63,848 nucleotides of DNA, filler included, from Octopus bimaculoides (GCF_001194135.2; 5 parts of 4 records of this genome joined end to end with filler, not necessarily neighbours in it); one strand, 5' to 3'; counted from the first letter of the whole stretch, positions 25,734 to 36,957 are shown. Made by a program: numbers and translations. Notes: generated by a model not told the origin, from the letters alone.

Positions 25734-26775
25734 TAGGCGCAGGAGTGGCTGTGTGGTAAGTAGCTTGCTTACCAACCCCATGGTTCTGAATTCAGTCCCA
25801 CTGCGTGGCTCCTTGGGCAAGTGTCTTCTTCTATAGCCTCAGGCTGACCAAAGCCTTGTGAGTGGATTTGGTAGATGGAAACTGAAAGAAGCCCATCATA
25901 TATATATATATATATATGTGTATGTGTGTGTGTGTGTGTGTGTATTTATATATATATGTTGTTTAGGCGCAGGAGTGGCTGTGTGNNNNNNNNNNNNNNN
26001 NNNNNNNNNNNNNNNNNNNNNNNNNNNNNNNNNNNNNNNNNNNNNNNNNNNNNNNNNNNNNNNNNNNNNNNNNNNNNNNNNNNNNNNNNNNNNNNNNNNN
26101 NNNNNNNNNNNNNNNNNNNNNNNNNNNNNNNNNNNNNNNNNNNNNNNNNNNNNNNNNNNNNNNNNNNNNNNNNNNNNNNNNNNNNNNNNNNNNNNNNNNN
26201 NNNNNNNNNNNNNNNNNNNNNNNNNNNNNNNNNNNNNNNNNNNNNNNNNNNNNNNNNNNNNNNNNNNNNNNNNNNNNNNNNNNNNNNNNNNNNNNNNNNN
26301 NNNNNNNNNNNNNNNNNNNNNNNNNNNNNNNNNNNNNNNNNNNNNNNNNNNNNNNNNNNNNNNNNNNNNNNNNNNNNNNNNNNNNNNNNNNNNNNNNNNN
26401 NNNNNNNNNNNNNNNNNNNNNNNNNNNNNNNNNNNNNNNNNNNNNNNNNNNNNNNNNNNNNNNNNNNNNNNNNNNNNNNNNNNNNNNNNNNNNNNNNNNN
26501 NNNNNNNNNNNNNNNNNNNNNNNNNNNNNNNNNNNNNNNNNNNNNNNNNNNNNNNNNNNNNNNNNNNNNNNNNNNNNNNNNNNNNNNNNNNNNNNNNNNN
26601 NNNNNNNNNNNNNNNNNNNNNNNNNNNNNNNNNNNNNNNNNNNNNNNCTTAGAATAAATGCTAGGCTTACAAAAAATAAGCCTTGGGGTTGATTTGTTCG
26701 ACTAAAAGCTCTTTGAAATGGCGCTTTCAGCATGGCTGCAGTTAATTGACTGAAACAAGTAAAAGAATAAAAGAA
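25734..26775 (+). mobile_element. SINE family B spanning a gap (head 25734-25897, tail 26650-26775)
   Basis: ggcgcaggagtggctgtgtggtaag...ttcagtcccactgcg head; gactgaaacaagtaaaaagaataaaag tail. Confidence 0.8.
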
Positions 26776-26907
26776 AGATCAATCTGAAGAATTTGACAGA
26801 GTAATGCAAAAGCTAAGGGCTTAAATACTTTTACTGATTTTTACTTTGAAAAACGGGCCCTATCTAAAATAACTCACCCCCTCTTTGTAGTACACAGCTG
26901 TGTCTTA

Positions 26908-27303
26908 TTTTAGCACATACTCTTTTACTCTTTCATTTGTTTCAGTCATTTGACTGCTGCCATGCTGGAGCACCACCTTTAGTCGAACAAATCACTGTAA
27001 GCCTAGTACTTATTCTATCGGTCTCTTTTGCTGAACCGCTAAGTTACAAGGATGTAAACAGACCAGCATCAGTTGTCAAGCAATGGTGGGTGGGTGGGAC
27101 AAACACAGACACACAAACACACACACACACGCATGTATATACATGTATATATATGATGGGCTTCTTTCAGTTGCCATCTACCAAATCTACTCACAAAGCT
27201 TTGGTCAGCCCAAGGCTATATCAGTAGACACTTGCCCAAGGTGCCACACAGTGAGACTGAACCAGGAACCATGTGGTTGGTAAGCAAGCTACCTACCACA
27301 CAG
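26908..27303 (-). mobile_element. SINE family B, full length, about 200 bp upstream of the transposase-derived exon
   Basis: cttttactctttt...gtttcagtcatt tail to ctacctaccacacagcc head. Confidence 0.85.
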
Positions 27304-27503
27304 CCTACCATCATTAATTTCATCAAAGTCTACTTGTTCCTTAAAATTTCAAAATCTTGGCTAATTAACAAATTTCTGTAAAAGACTTTGTTTTTCTTTG
27401 TTTTACGTTTTGTGTTTTCATTTCAATTGTTTTCCCCAAAGTTAACCTTTTTTTTTATTTATTTATTTTATATTCTTTTTATGTTTTTTGTTTTTCTTTC
27501 TAG

Positions 27504-27775
27504 TTCAAGATAACATCAACATGTTTCCAGTTTTCAATCCTGTGCTGCAGTCACCGGCGACCAACCATGTATCATCTCCAGTCTCTCTTGCACCATCATT
27601 CACTCGTCCTAGCCGTGGAGTCGCTACAGCTTTTCCATTACCCCAGCTGCAGTCACTCAACCAAACATCGGTGCCACAAGTTGCTGCCAAACTTCGCCAT
27701 TCTCAACCTCAACATTCTTATTATCACCATCAAATGCAGCATTTTCCCAAATCATCCCAGCAGCAGCATCAACAA

Positions 27776-27807
<32 letters not shown>

Positions 27808-28042
27808 GCAGCACCTCCAGCATCACAGACAACAGCAACAGCAGCAGCAGATACAGTTGCCACAAATACATCATCTACAGCAGTTGAAGCAGCAACAACA
27901 GCAGCATCATCTGCAGCAGCAGAAACATCAACAAGAAGAACATAAGCTACTCTCACAGTCACCCCATCATGTGTCACTACCATCACAACATCATCAACAA
28001 CATCATCATCATCAACAACAACAACAACAACATCACCATCAC

Positions 28043-28073
<31 letters not shown>

Positions 28074-29320
28074 AACAACAACAGCAGCAGCAGCAGCCAA
28101 TGTTTCGAGTGTACTCTCCTATTCAAGAACCAGGTGAAATACTGTTACCTCCCCTGCAGCCAGTCAACCAGAAACATCTGTTATCATCGGTGCATGAAAA
28201 TGTATTGATGCCTCACCAAGACCAGCCACAGCAATGTCAAGATGGCCAGAAGAAAGCTATACCTCAGCCAAACCCCGAACCACAATCAAAAGAAATTGAG
28301 AAGGACCACAAAAGTACCCAGGTACAATCCCATGTCAATACAACAGTTGGCTATCAGAAGGTGGAGAAAACATGTCCAATGCGATTCATTGATTTATTGA
28401 AGAATTTAAGCCACGTTGAAGGTACAATTGCTTGGTGCATGGACCTAGGCCTGATTCCGTCATCTCATACATGTCACCGGTGTGGTGCAATGATGCAACT
28501 AAAACCTTGTCCAGCTACTGTGACAAGTGATGGTTACATATGGCAGTGTAACAAACAAAAATCTGGTGTCAAATGTGACACTTCTCGGTCACTGCGAGCA
28601 GGCAGCTGGTTCTCCCAGAGCAATCTGACTCTTGAAGAAGTTTTACAGATCACATATTGGTGGACACAATGTGTTTCTGAAGACTTCCTTGTTTACCAAA
28701 CTGCAGTTAGTAAACCGTCTGTTCTTGATTGGTGCAATTATTGCCAGGAACTCTGTTTGACCTACTTGATGAAACAGAGCCAATCCATCGGAGGACCAGG
28801 AACAGTTGTAGAAATCGATGAAGCCATGTTTTATGGTCGGAATGGTCACCGTTTGTCTGGTCAGTGGATTTTCAGTGGCATTCAACAGAAAAGTAACTGG
28901 TCTTGCTTTATCTTCCCAGTTGGAGAAAAAACAGATGGAACTGGTCTTATAGAGGTTATTGAACGCTGGGTGAAACCTGGCACGACAGTCCTGTGTAACT
29001 GGAACCCTACTGATCGTCTCACCGACGATGGACATACATACCTGAAGTTTACATACAATATGACCTTCAAGTGTGTTGAGGATATGGAGGTGAATGATGG
29101 AAGCATCAATGAGAATGGTGATTTGTCTCTGAAGGACACCCCTGTGATTGCAAAGAATTTCTGGAAGGAAATTCGTGCATCTTCCACGTCAACAGATAAT
29201 GTGACCTGTGAAACTATAACATTTGATAGTGCAATGGCAGAAAGTATCTGGCGTAAACAACAGGGAGAAGAAGATATCTTTCTTTCATTTATCAAAGCTG
29301 TTAAATTTGCCTATAGTTAG
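27504..29320 (+). CDS. Terminal coding exon: polyQ/His-rich region fused to a Merlin/ISXO2 (DDE_Tnp_IS1595)-like transposase-derived domain; probably catalytically inactive and domesticated
   Basis: Stop-free frame of about 600 codons. Polypyrimidine tract plus TAG acceptor at 27491-27503 (phase 1); first in-frame ATG at 27521. From M298 (28379; numbering on ORF 27488) it follows Merlin motifs in order: WCMDLGLIP, CHRC...WQC-x8-C, SLRAGSWFSQSNL, DWCNYCQELC, IGGPGTVVEIDEA, GQWIFSGI, WVKPGTTV, FDSAMAESIWRK...DIFLSFIKAV. Confidence 0.85.
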
Positions 29321-29831
29321 TGACTAGGTTAGGCTGGATAGTCCTTCCAAAGGTGAGACTTTGAGGTCAGTTGTGAGGAAAAAGAACAAATTTAAAAAAA
29401 TATATTGCACAAATTGGTCATGGTTTGAGGGGAACATTGATGAGAAAGTGACGTTTGGCATCGTGTGATGGAAGAAAGAAATAGAAGGAATTCATCAAAG
29501 ATTCCCGCTTCTTAGCCATTGATGCTACTGTCTGTCGGCATTCCCCACCCCCAGGAAATGTCATCATGTGTCCCCCCTCCCCCACTACTCTCAATATTGG
29601 TGGAAAGGCATGTTCATCACCAGACATTCTTCACATATTGTTTTGGAAACAAAAGAAAAATATTACATAAACTTACCAAATCTCTATGATTTCTTCAAAC
29701 TTTCCATTACCTGACATTTTATGAAGAGAATGGTAGATTTATGAAGAGAATGGTAGATTTATGAAGATAGATGAATAATGAAGAGGAGACAGACATCCTT
29801 GCCAAATTCATTATCAAGGTCATTCAGTACA

Positions 29832-29891
<60 letters not shown>

Positions 29892-30440
29892 TTTTCTCTC
29901 CCTCTCTCTTTCTTTCTCTCTCTTTTATCATGCACAGAAACATTCCAAGTGCATGCACTGGTGAAAAAAATGGATAAAAGCACACATTTACACATGTATG
30001 TATATATGTACAAACACAAACATCTATACAAACACACTCACATTCACACAGACACATACACACACTCATATATATGTACATACATACATACATACNNNNN
30101 NNNNNNNNNNNNNNNNNNNNNNNNNNNNNNNNNNNNNNNNNNNNNNNNNNNNNNNNNNNNNNNNNNNNNNNNNNNNNNNNNNNNNNNNNNNNNNNNNNNN
30201 NNNNNNNNNNNNNNNNNNNNNNNNNNNNNNNNNNNNNNNNNNNNNNNNNNNNNNNNNNNNNNNNNNNNNNNNNNNNNNNNNNNNNNNNNNNNNNNNNNNN
30301 NNNNNNNNNNNNNNNNNNNNNNNNNNNNNNNNNNNNNNNNNNNNNNNNNNNNNNNNNNNNNNNNNNNNNNNNNNNNNNNNNNNNNNNNNNNNNNNNNNNN
30401 NNNNNNNNNNNNNNNNNNNNNNNNNNNNNNNNNNNNNNNN

Positions 30441-30472
<32 letters not shown>

Positions 30473-31069
30473 GCACACATACATACACACACACACATAC
30501 ATATATTAATATATTTATCCCTGGAGTCATAATAGATTTGAACGTATCGCAATATTGTGTTTGAATAAAAGTATTGCGTGCATGTGTGTTTGTGTGTGTG
30601 TATATGTGTATGTGTGTGTTTGTGTGTGCGTGTGTATATTTGTGTGTGTATGTGCTTGTGTGTATGTGTACTGTCTGTGTGTCTGTTCTGTACATATCTT
30701 CCAATGACAATAAATTACTCCATTCTAATAGGGCAGCAATGTTACTGCTGTGAATGTTTCCACTGTCTACAGTAACAGCAGCAGTAACAACAACAATAAC
30801 AACAACAACAACAGCACCAACAAATACAACAACAACAACAACAACAACAACAGTAAAAACTACAACAAAAACATCAATAACAACACTAAAAATTGAAACA
30901 GATCAGTTTGATGAGGGCTGACCAGGCATGAAACAACAACACCACCACCACCAACAACAACAACAACAACAACACAAACAACTATGACAATAAAATAAAA
31001 TAAAAAACTATTGAAAAACAAAATAAAGAAACCAAATATAATTGTTGTTATGTATTGGATTTAATTATT

Positions 31070-31210
31070 GTTGTGGACTGGCAGAATGATTAGAGTTCTT
31101 GCTCTAAATATTCTGGGTTCAATTTCCTGCTGAGGTTAGTGTTGTCTTTCGTTTTTCTGAGGTTCATAAAATTAAGTACCAGTTATATACTGGGTCAATT
31201 TCCTGGACTA
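31070..31210 (+). mobile_element. Degenerate SINE family C
   Basis: ctggcagaatg...ttctgggttcaattt...attaagtaccagtt. Confidence 0.55.
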
Positions 31211-31804
31211 TGTAAGAAATAAATTGTTGTTGTTGTCTTTTGGTTTTGCCTGCAAAATATTTAAATAAGACATACTAATATGTTATATATGTGTGTGTGT
31301 GTTTGTAAGGGTGTGTATTGTTTAGCTTTGTTATGAAGAAAGTTTGTTGTAAAATACCCTGGGCTGCCTATTCATAAAATATTAATAGTTAAGTGGTTGG
31401 TAACATACTTAATGTAGTGAACCAATAAATGTAAGTTCATTAAAATTACTTTGCTTGTGATGAGATCAAATGATTATATTAGTGCTCAATAATTGTCATC
31501 TATGAAAACATGGAGAGGCAACCATATAAATTAAATCTAGAATCTAATGATGTGTTGGTCTAAGGTTCAGATGTAGGAACGCTGTTTGTCCCGAAATACT
31601 CATTGCCACTCATTGGTTATTGGTTATTCCATATATCTCTTCTCTAGTCATTATATTTGAAGCTATCAGGTTAGTCTTCACTGAGGAGGCTTAATTTGCC
31701 TGAAACATGTCCAGAGTTATCATCAGTACATGGCCAAAGATCATTGTATTCTATATGGGATTTATTTCATTTTTAGAATTGCTTGCCTTGTCTTTGTTGA
31801 CCAG

Positions 31805-31882
31805 AACTAATCATTGCGATAGCAGCAATCTTCATTAGTGTGGGATATGAATTATTTAAGATAACTCCGCTCCCAACATCAG
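31805..31882 (+). CDS. Candidate internal coding exon (hydrophobic, (E)LIIAIAAIFISVGYELFKITPLPTS)
   Basis: tgtctttgttgaccAG acceptor, CAG|GTATGT donor, 78 nt, phase 1 to phase 1, open frame; protein not recognised. Confidence 0.35.
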
Positions 31883-32036
31883 GTATGTTATAATCATACT
31901 GTTGGTGGTGGTGGCGATGTTGCTGTTGTTAGGGCTAATGAGGAAAGTTTATAACGAATTTTTGTTTTCTAATGAGAGGATGAAAGAGAGAGTGTGGGTG
32001 CTAGAGAGAGGGAGGGTGGTGTTGGTGCTGGTGGTG

Positions 32037-32086
<50 letters not shown>

Positions 32087-32755
32087 ATTTAATGACAAAT
32101 AATACTTCATTGTTTTATTCTTGTTTTCGTCTTTTATTGAATATTTTTCTATTTTCCATCATTTGCCCCNNNNNNNNNNNNNNNNNNNNNNNNNNNNNNN
32201 NNNNNNNNNNNNNNNNNNNNNNNNNNNNNNNNNNNNNNNNNNNNNNNNNNNNNNNNNNNNNNNNNNNNNNNNNNNNNNNNNNNNNNNNNNNNNNNNNNNN
32301 NNNNNNNNNNNNNNNNNNNNNNNNNNNNNNNNNNNNNNNNNNNNNNNNNNNNNNNNNNNNNNNNNNNNNNNNNNNNNNNNNNNNNNNNNNNNNNNNNNNN
32401 NNNNNNNNNNNNNNNNNNNNNNNNNNNNNNNNNNNNNNNNNNNNNNNNNNNNNNNNNNNNNNNNNNNNNNNNNNNNNNNNNNNNNNNNNNNNNNNNNNNN
32501 NNNNNNNNNNNNNNNNNNNNNNNNNNNNNNNNNNNNNNNNNNNNNNNNNNNNNNNNNNNNNNNNNNNNNNNNNNNNNNNNNNNNNNNNNNNNNNNNNNNN
32601 NNNNNNNNNNNNNNNNNNNNNNNNNNNNNNNNNNNNNNNNNNNNNNNNNNNNNNNNNNNNNNNNNNNNNNNNNNNNNNNNNNNNNNNNNNTATGTGTGTG
32701 TGTGTGGGGTGTGTGTGCATGTGGTGGGGTGTAGTTAATGTAACTTTGATTCCAG

Positions 32756-32798
32756 CAGTCTTGATTCTGTTTCCTTCCACCCATTTCAGCCTGTCTTG
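32756..32798 (+). CDS. Candidate small exon ((A)VLILFPSTHFSLS(W))
   Basis: ttccAG acceptor (NAGNAG), TG|GTGAGA donor; phase 1 to phase 2 joins the two neighbouring candidates in frame. The segment could instead be the polypyrimidine tract of a shorter microexon. Confidence 0.2.
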
Positions 32799-32870
32799 GT
32801 GAGAGTAAGAGTGGGAAGTGGAGGGAGGGGGTGCAACTGTTGATGTTAAATTTACATTAAATATTGTGTG

Positions 32871-32920
<50 letters not shown>

Positions 32921-33046
32921 TATGTATACATGTATATGTGTGCATGCACTTCTTGAAATTTATCCAAATATTTTTTCTCTTTCTGCACACACAGATATGC
33001 AAACACATATGTATATCAGATTAATGATTCTAAACATGCACATAGG

Positions 33047-33082
<36 letters not shown>

Positions 33083-33213
33083 TAAACATATACACATATA
33101 GACATCTGTACATATACAAATACAAATATGCATGTGTGTGTGTAAATGTTTATACACTTATACATGCACATGTACATACACATATGCACACATATATGTA
33201 TATATACATATAC

Positions 33214-33245
<32 letters not shown>

Positions 33246-33499
33246 GCATACAGTCATTTATGCGTGTGTGTGTGTACATATATACGTATGTATACGCACA
33301 CACACAAATCTTAATTATTTTCCACTCTGTTTTTTTCTTGATCTCATGGGTGACAAAAGAGTCTATTATGTATGCAAGTTAATAAAGCATTTCTCTTACA
33401 TCAACAGAAACCTTTTCTGTATTTCATTTTCTCATGCAAATCAATTTTATTTCTTGCAGCAAAATAAATTTCTGTTTACCTTCTGTTCACCCTTATCAG

Positions 33500-33622
33500 G
33501 TATGATGCCCAACACTGGTTGTACCCTGTAGCTAGGGGTCTCCGCTGTTCTTCATATGGACTACCATGGTCATTCCAGCTCATACCCACACCTACCGTCG
33601 AAAGAACTGACATTATTTGGAA
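33500..33622 (+). CDS. Candidate internal coding exon (YDAQHWLYPVARGLRCSSYGLPWSFQLIPTPTVERTDIIW)
   Basis: ttctgttcacccttatcAG acceptor, AA|GTGAGA donor, 123 nt, phase 2 to phase 2, only one frame open; complex, protein-like sequence; family not recognised. Confidence 0.45.
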
Positions 33623-33704
33623 GTGAGATTTTCAAACAGTGAAGAGTGACTCATTCAACTCAACACCTTTCTCCTTAAGCGTTTGATATTGAACCAATCT
33701 TAGG

Positions 33705-33862
33705 AATAATAATAATCCTTTCTACTATAGGCACAAGGCCTGAGACTTTTGGGGAGGGGACTAGTCGATTACAGCAACACCAGTGCTTCATTGATTCTTA
33801 ATTTATCGACCCCAAAAAATGAAAAGCAAAGTCGACCTCAGTGGATTGAACTCAGAACATTC
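33705..33862 (-). mobile_element. SINE family C, 3' part
   Basis: aataatcctttctactataggcacaaggcctg...aaagtcgacctc...gaactcagaac. Confidence 0.75.
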
Positions 33863-34259
33863 AAATTCTGCCAAGATGGGCGACAGCAAATATTCTGTTC
33901 AATATCACAGATTTGCTTCTCAGTTGCTTGACCATAACCATTTGAGCATATCCCTTAGTGGCTGACGATATGTGCATGTCTAATCACGAGCAGTAGTAGG
34001 GGAGCATCATAGGAATTCTTTGGGGTTTGAATAATTCACTTTTGGAAACATGAGTATTTTGTTCAACATCCTTGAACAAATCTTATTCAGGGACCTTTTG
34101 AACAGGATGGGCTACTTGACCTGAAGAAAATTCTAACTGGGCCCCACCTGCAAGTTTATGCGCTGTTTATCTTGATATGAGGTCACCATGTCACATACAT
34201 ATGGTTGTGATGCATGTGCCTAGTGTACCCTTACCAGACAGGTAGTCAAGATGGGTATA

Positions 34260-34495
34260 CTGGGTTGGCCCAAAAGAAAGTTTACAGTTATCATGTAGGC
34301 ACTTTAAATTTCCTTTAAAACATTTTAATACATTTAAATTTCCATCTTACAAACTGAAAAGGGAGCTTGACCAAATTAACTAAATTAGCATAGAATAATG
34401 GTTTCATATGTTTTTATAATTAAGACCTAAACTGTTAATATATGAATGTGAAAGAAATAGTTGAATAACTGTAAACCTACTTTTGGGCCACCCTG
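34260..34495. mobile_element. Tc1/mariner-type MITE nested in another repeat
   Basis: TIRs ctgggttggcccaaaagaaagtttacagtt / aactgtaaacctacttttgggccaccctg; TA on both sides (34258-34259, 34496-34497). Confidence 0.8.
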
Positions 34496-34547
34496 TATTT
34501 GTACCTCATGTCACTTTGAAGGCGTGTGCTGCTCTTTTACTCAGTTA

Positions 34548-35182
34548 TAATAATCATAATAGTTTCAAATTTTGGCACCAGGCCAGCAATTTCAGGGGAG
34601 GGGTTAAGTTGATTACATCGACCCCTGTGTTTGACTGGTATTTATTTTATCAACCCCAAAAGAATGAGAAGTAAAGTTGACCTTGGTGGCAGTTGAACTC
34701 AGAATGTAAAGATGAACAAAAATCACTAAGCGTTTCATCCAGTGTGCTGACAATTCTGCCAGCTCACCGCCTTAATAATAATAATAATAATGGTTTTAAA
34801 TTTTGGCACAAGGCCAGCAATTTCAGGGGAAGGGGTAAGTCGATTTCACAACCCTGCTATCCCCATGCTCAACTGGTAAAGTCAACCTTGGTGCTATTTG
34901 AACTCAGAATGTAAAAATGGACAAAATACCTCTAAGCATTTTGCCCAGCATGCATACAGTTATGCCATCTTGCCACCTGAATAATAACAGTAATAATAAT
35001 CCTTTCTATTATAGGCACAAGGCCTGAAATTAGTTGATAAAATCAACCCCAGTGCATAACTGGTACTTATTTAATTGACCCCGAAAAGATGAAAGGCAAA
35101 GTCAACCTTGGTGGAATTTGAACACAGAAGTAGACAAAATACTAAGCATTTTGCTTGGAATGCTAACGATTCTGCCAGCTCA
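34548..35182 (-). mobile_element. Three head-to-tail SINE family C copies
   Basis: Units of about 34548-34772, 34773-34980 and 34981-35182, each separated by (AAT)n. Confidence 0.8.
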
Positions 35183-35214
35183 ATAATAATAATAAGAAGA
35201 AGAAGAAGAAGAGA

Positions 35215-36140
35215 AAGAATGTTTTCTTTATTAACCATTAAGGGTTCACAAAAAATATTGGGTGTGGTACAGGACAATACAATGTGGGGCTATATGAAAG
35301 TTGTGTAAAAAGTAAAAAAATAAAAAAAGAGTAATAATATAAAATTATAACAATGAATAATTCCTCAAAAGAAGGAGACTTTCTAGAGCTGCTCATGGAG
35401 ACCGTACAAAACCATGGTCACCCTGACCACTAGGGAAAGCGCCCTCTCCACATTATCCTCCTTCAACCTACAGGTGCATGTTTAGTGTAGGTCTGTTTAC
35501 TTAGACCATTCTTGTAACATTCACCCACCTCTCAACAAAATTCCTGGGAGGCAACACTTCCCTCTTTACTCTCACTTTCCTTTTCAAGTGAAACTTGAAA
35601 AAGTTGATGAGGGCTTGGCCAAAGAGGAAAGANNNNNNNNNNNNNNNNNNNNNNNNNNNNNNNNNNNNNNNNNNNNNNNNNNNNNNNNNNNNNNNNNNNN
35701 NNNNNNNNNNNNNNNNNNNNNNNNNNNNNNNNNNNNNNNNNNNNNNNNNNNNNNNNNNNNNNNNNNNNNNNNNNNNNNNNNNNNNNNNNNNNNNNNNNNN
35801 NNNNNNNNNNNNNNNNNNNNNNNNNNNNNNNCTGTTTACTTAGACCATTCTTGTAACATTCACCCACCTCTCAACAAAATTCCTGGGAGGCAACACTTCC
35901 CTCTTTACTCTCACTTTCCTTTTCAAGTGAAACTTGAAAAAGTTGATGAGGGCTTGGCCAAAGAGGAAAGATATCTGTCTTCAGCCCTTTCAGTCTGGTC
36001 CACCACACAACCTCTTCTGCTTAGGCCACCGGGCAAAGAAACACTACCTGCCCTTCCTGGCCAAAGGAAAGTGGCAGGACGATCTTCATGATGGACTTAG
36101 CTGATAGCCAAATCTGTCCTACATGTGACAGGAGGTGTTC
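35215..36140 (-). mobile_element. Tx1/L1-like LINE 3' fragment
   Basis: Minus strand reads YVEHLLSHVGQIWLSAKSIMKI...EEVVWWTRLKGL...QALINFFKFHLKRKVRVKRE...FVERWVNVTRM with stops and a frameshift; 35492-35632 repeats across the gap. Confidence 0.6.
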
Positions 36141-36167
36141 AACATAATCTTGATAATAATAATATTC

Positions 36168-36957
36168 TTTTACTCTTTACTCTTTTACTTGTTTCAGTCA
36201 TTTGACTGCTGCCATGTTGGAGCACCACCTTTAGTCGAGCAAATCAACCCCAGGACTTATTCTTTGTAAGCCTAGCACTTATTCTATCAGTCTCTCTTGC
36301 CGAACTGCTAGTTTATGGTGACGTAAACACACCACCATCGGTTGTCAAGCAATGGTGGGAGGGGGGACAAAGACAGACATATACATATATACGACGGACT
36401 TCCTTCAGTTTCCGTCTAGTAAACCCACTCACAAGGCATTGGTCGGTCCGAGGCTATAGTAGAAGACACTTACTCAAGGTGCNNNNNNNNNNNNNNNNNN
36501 NNNNNNNNNNNNNNNNNNNNNNNNNNNNNNNNNNNNNNNNNNNNNNNNNNNNNNNNNNNNNNNNNNNNNNNNNNNNNNNNNNNNNNNNNNNNNNNNNNNN
36601 NNNNNNNNNNNNNNNNNNNNNNNNNNNNNNNNNNNNNNNNNNNNNNNNNNNNNNNNNNNNNNNNNNNNNNNNNNNNNNNNNNNNNNNNNNNNNNNNNNNN
36701 NNNNNNNNNNNNNNNNNNNNNNNNNNNNNNNNNNNNNNNNNNNNNNNNNNNNNNNNNNNNNNNNNNNNNNNNNNNNNNNNNNNNNNNNNNNNNNNNNNNN
36801 NNNNNNNNNNNNNNNNNNNNNNNNNNNNNNNNNNNCACAAGGCATTGGTCGGTCCGAGGCTATAGTAGAAGACACTTACTCAAGGTGCCACGCCGTGGGA
36901 ATGAACCTGGAACCATGTGGTCGGTAAGCAAGCTACTTACCACACAGCCACTCCTGA
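36168..36957 (-). mobile_element. SINE family B spanning a gap with duplicated overlap
   Basis: Tail at 36168, head ends gctacttaccacacagccactcctg at about 36957. Confidence 0.8.

Noticed and set aside
27488-27503. TTG start and MFFFLV N-terminus of the 610-aa ORF
   Set aside because: This is a polypyrimidine tract and acceptor; the true protein starts at ATG 27521 or in an upstream exon.
28379-29320. Interpretation as an active Merlin or bacterial IS1595 insertion, or contamination
   Set aside because: No TIR/TSD seen, two catalytic residues apparently substituted, fused to eukaryotic polyQ behind a splice acceptor, and embedded in host repeats.
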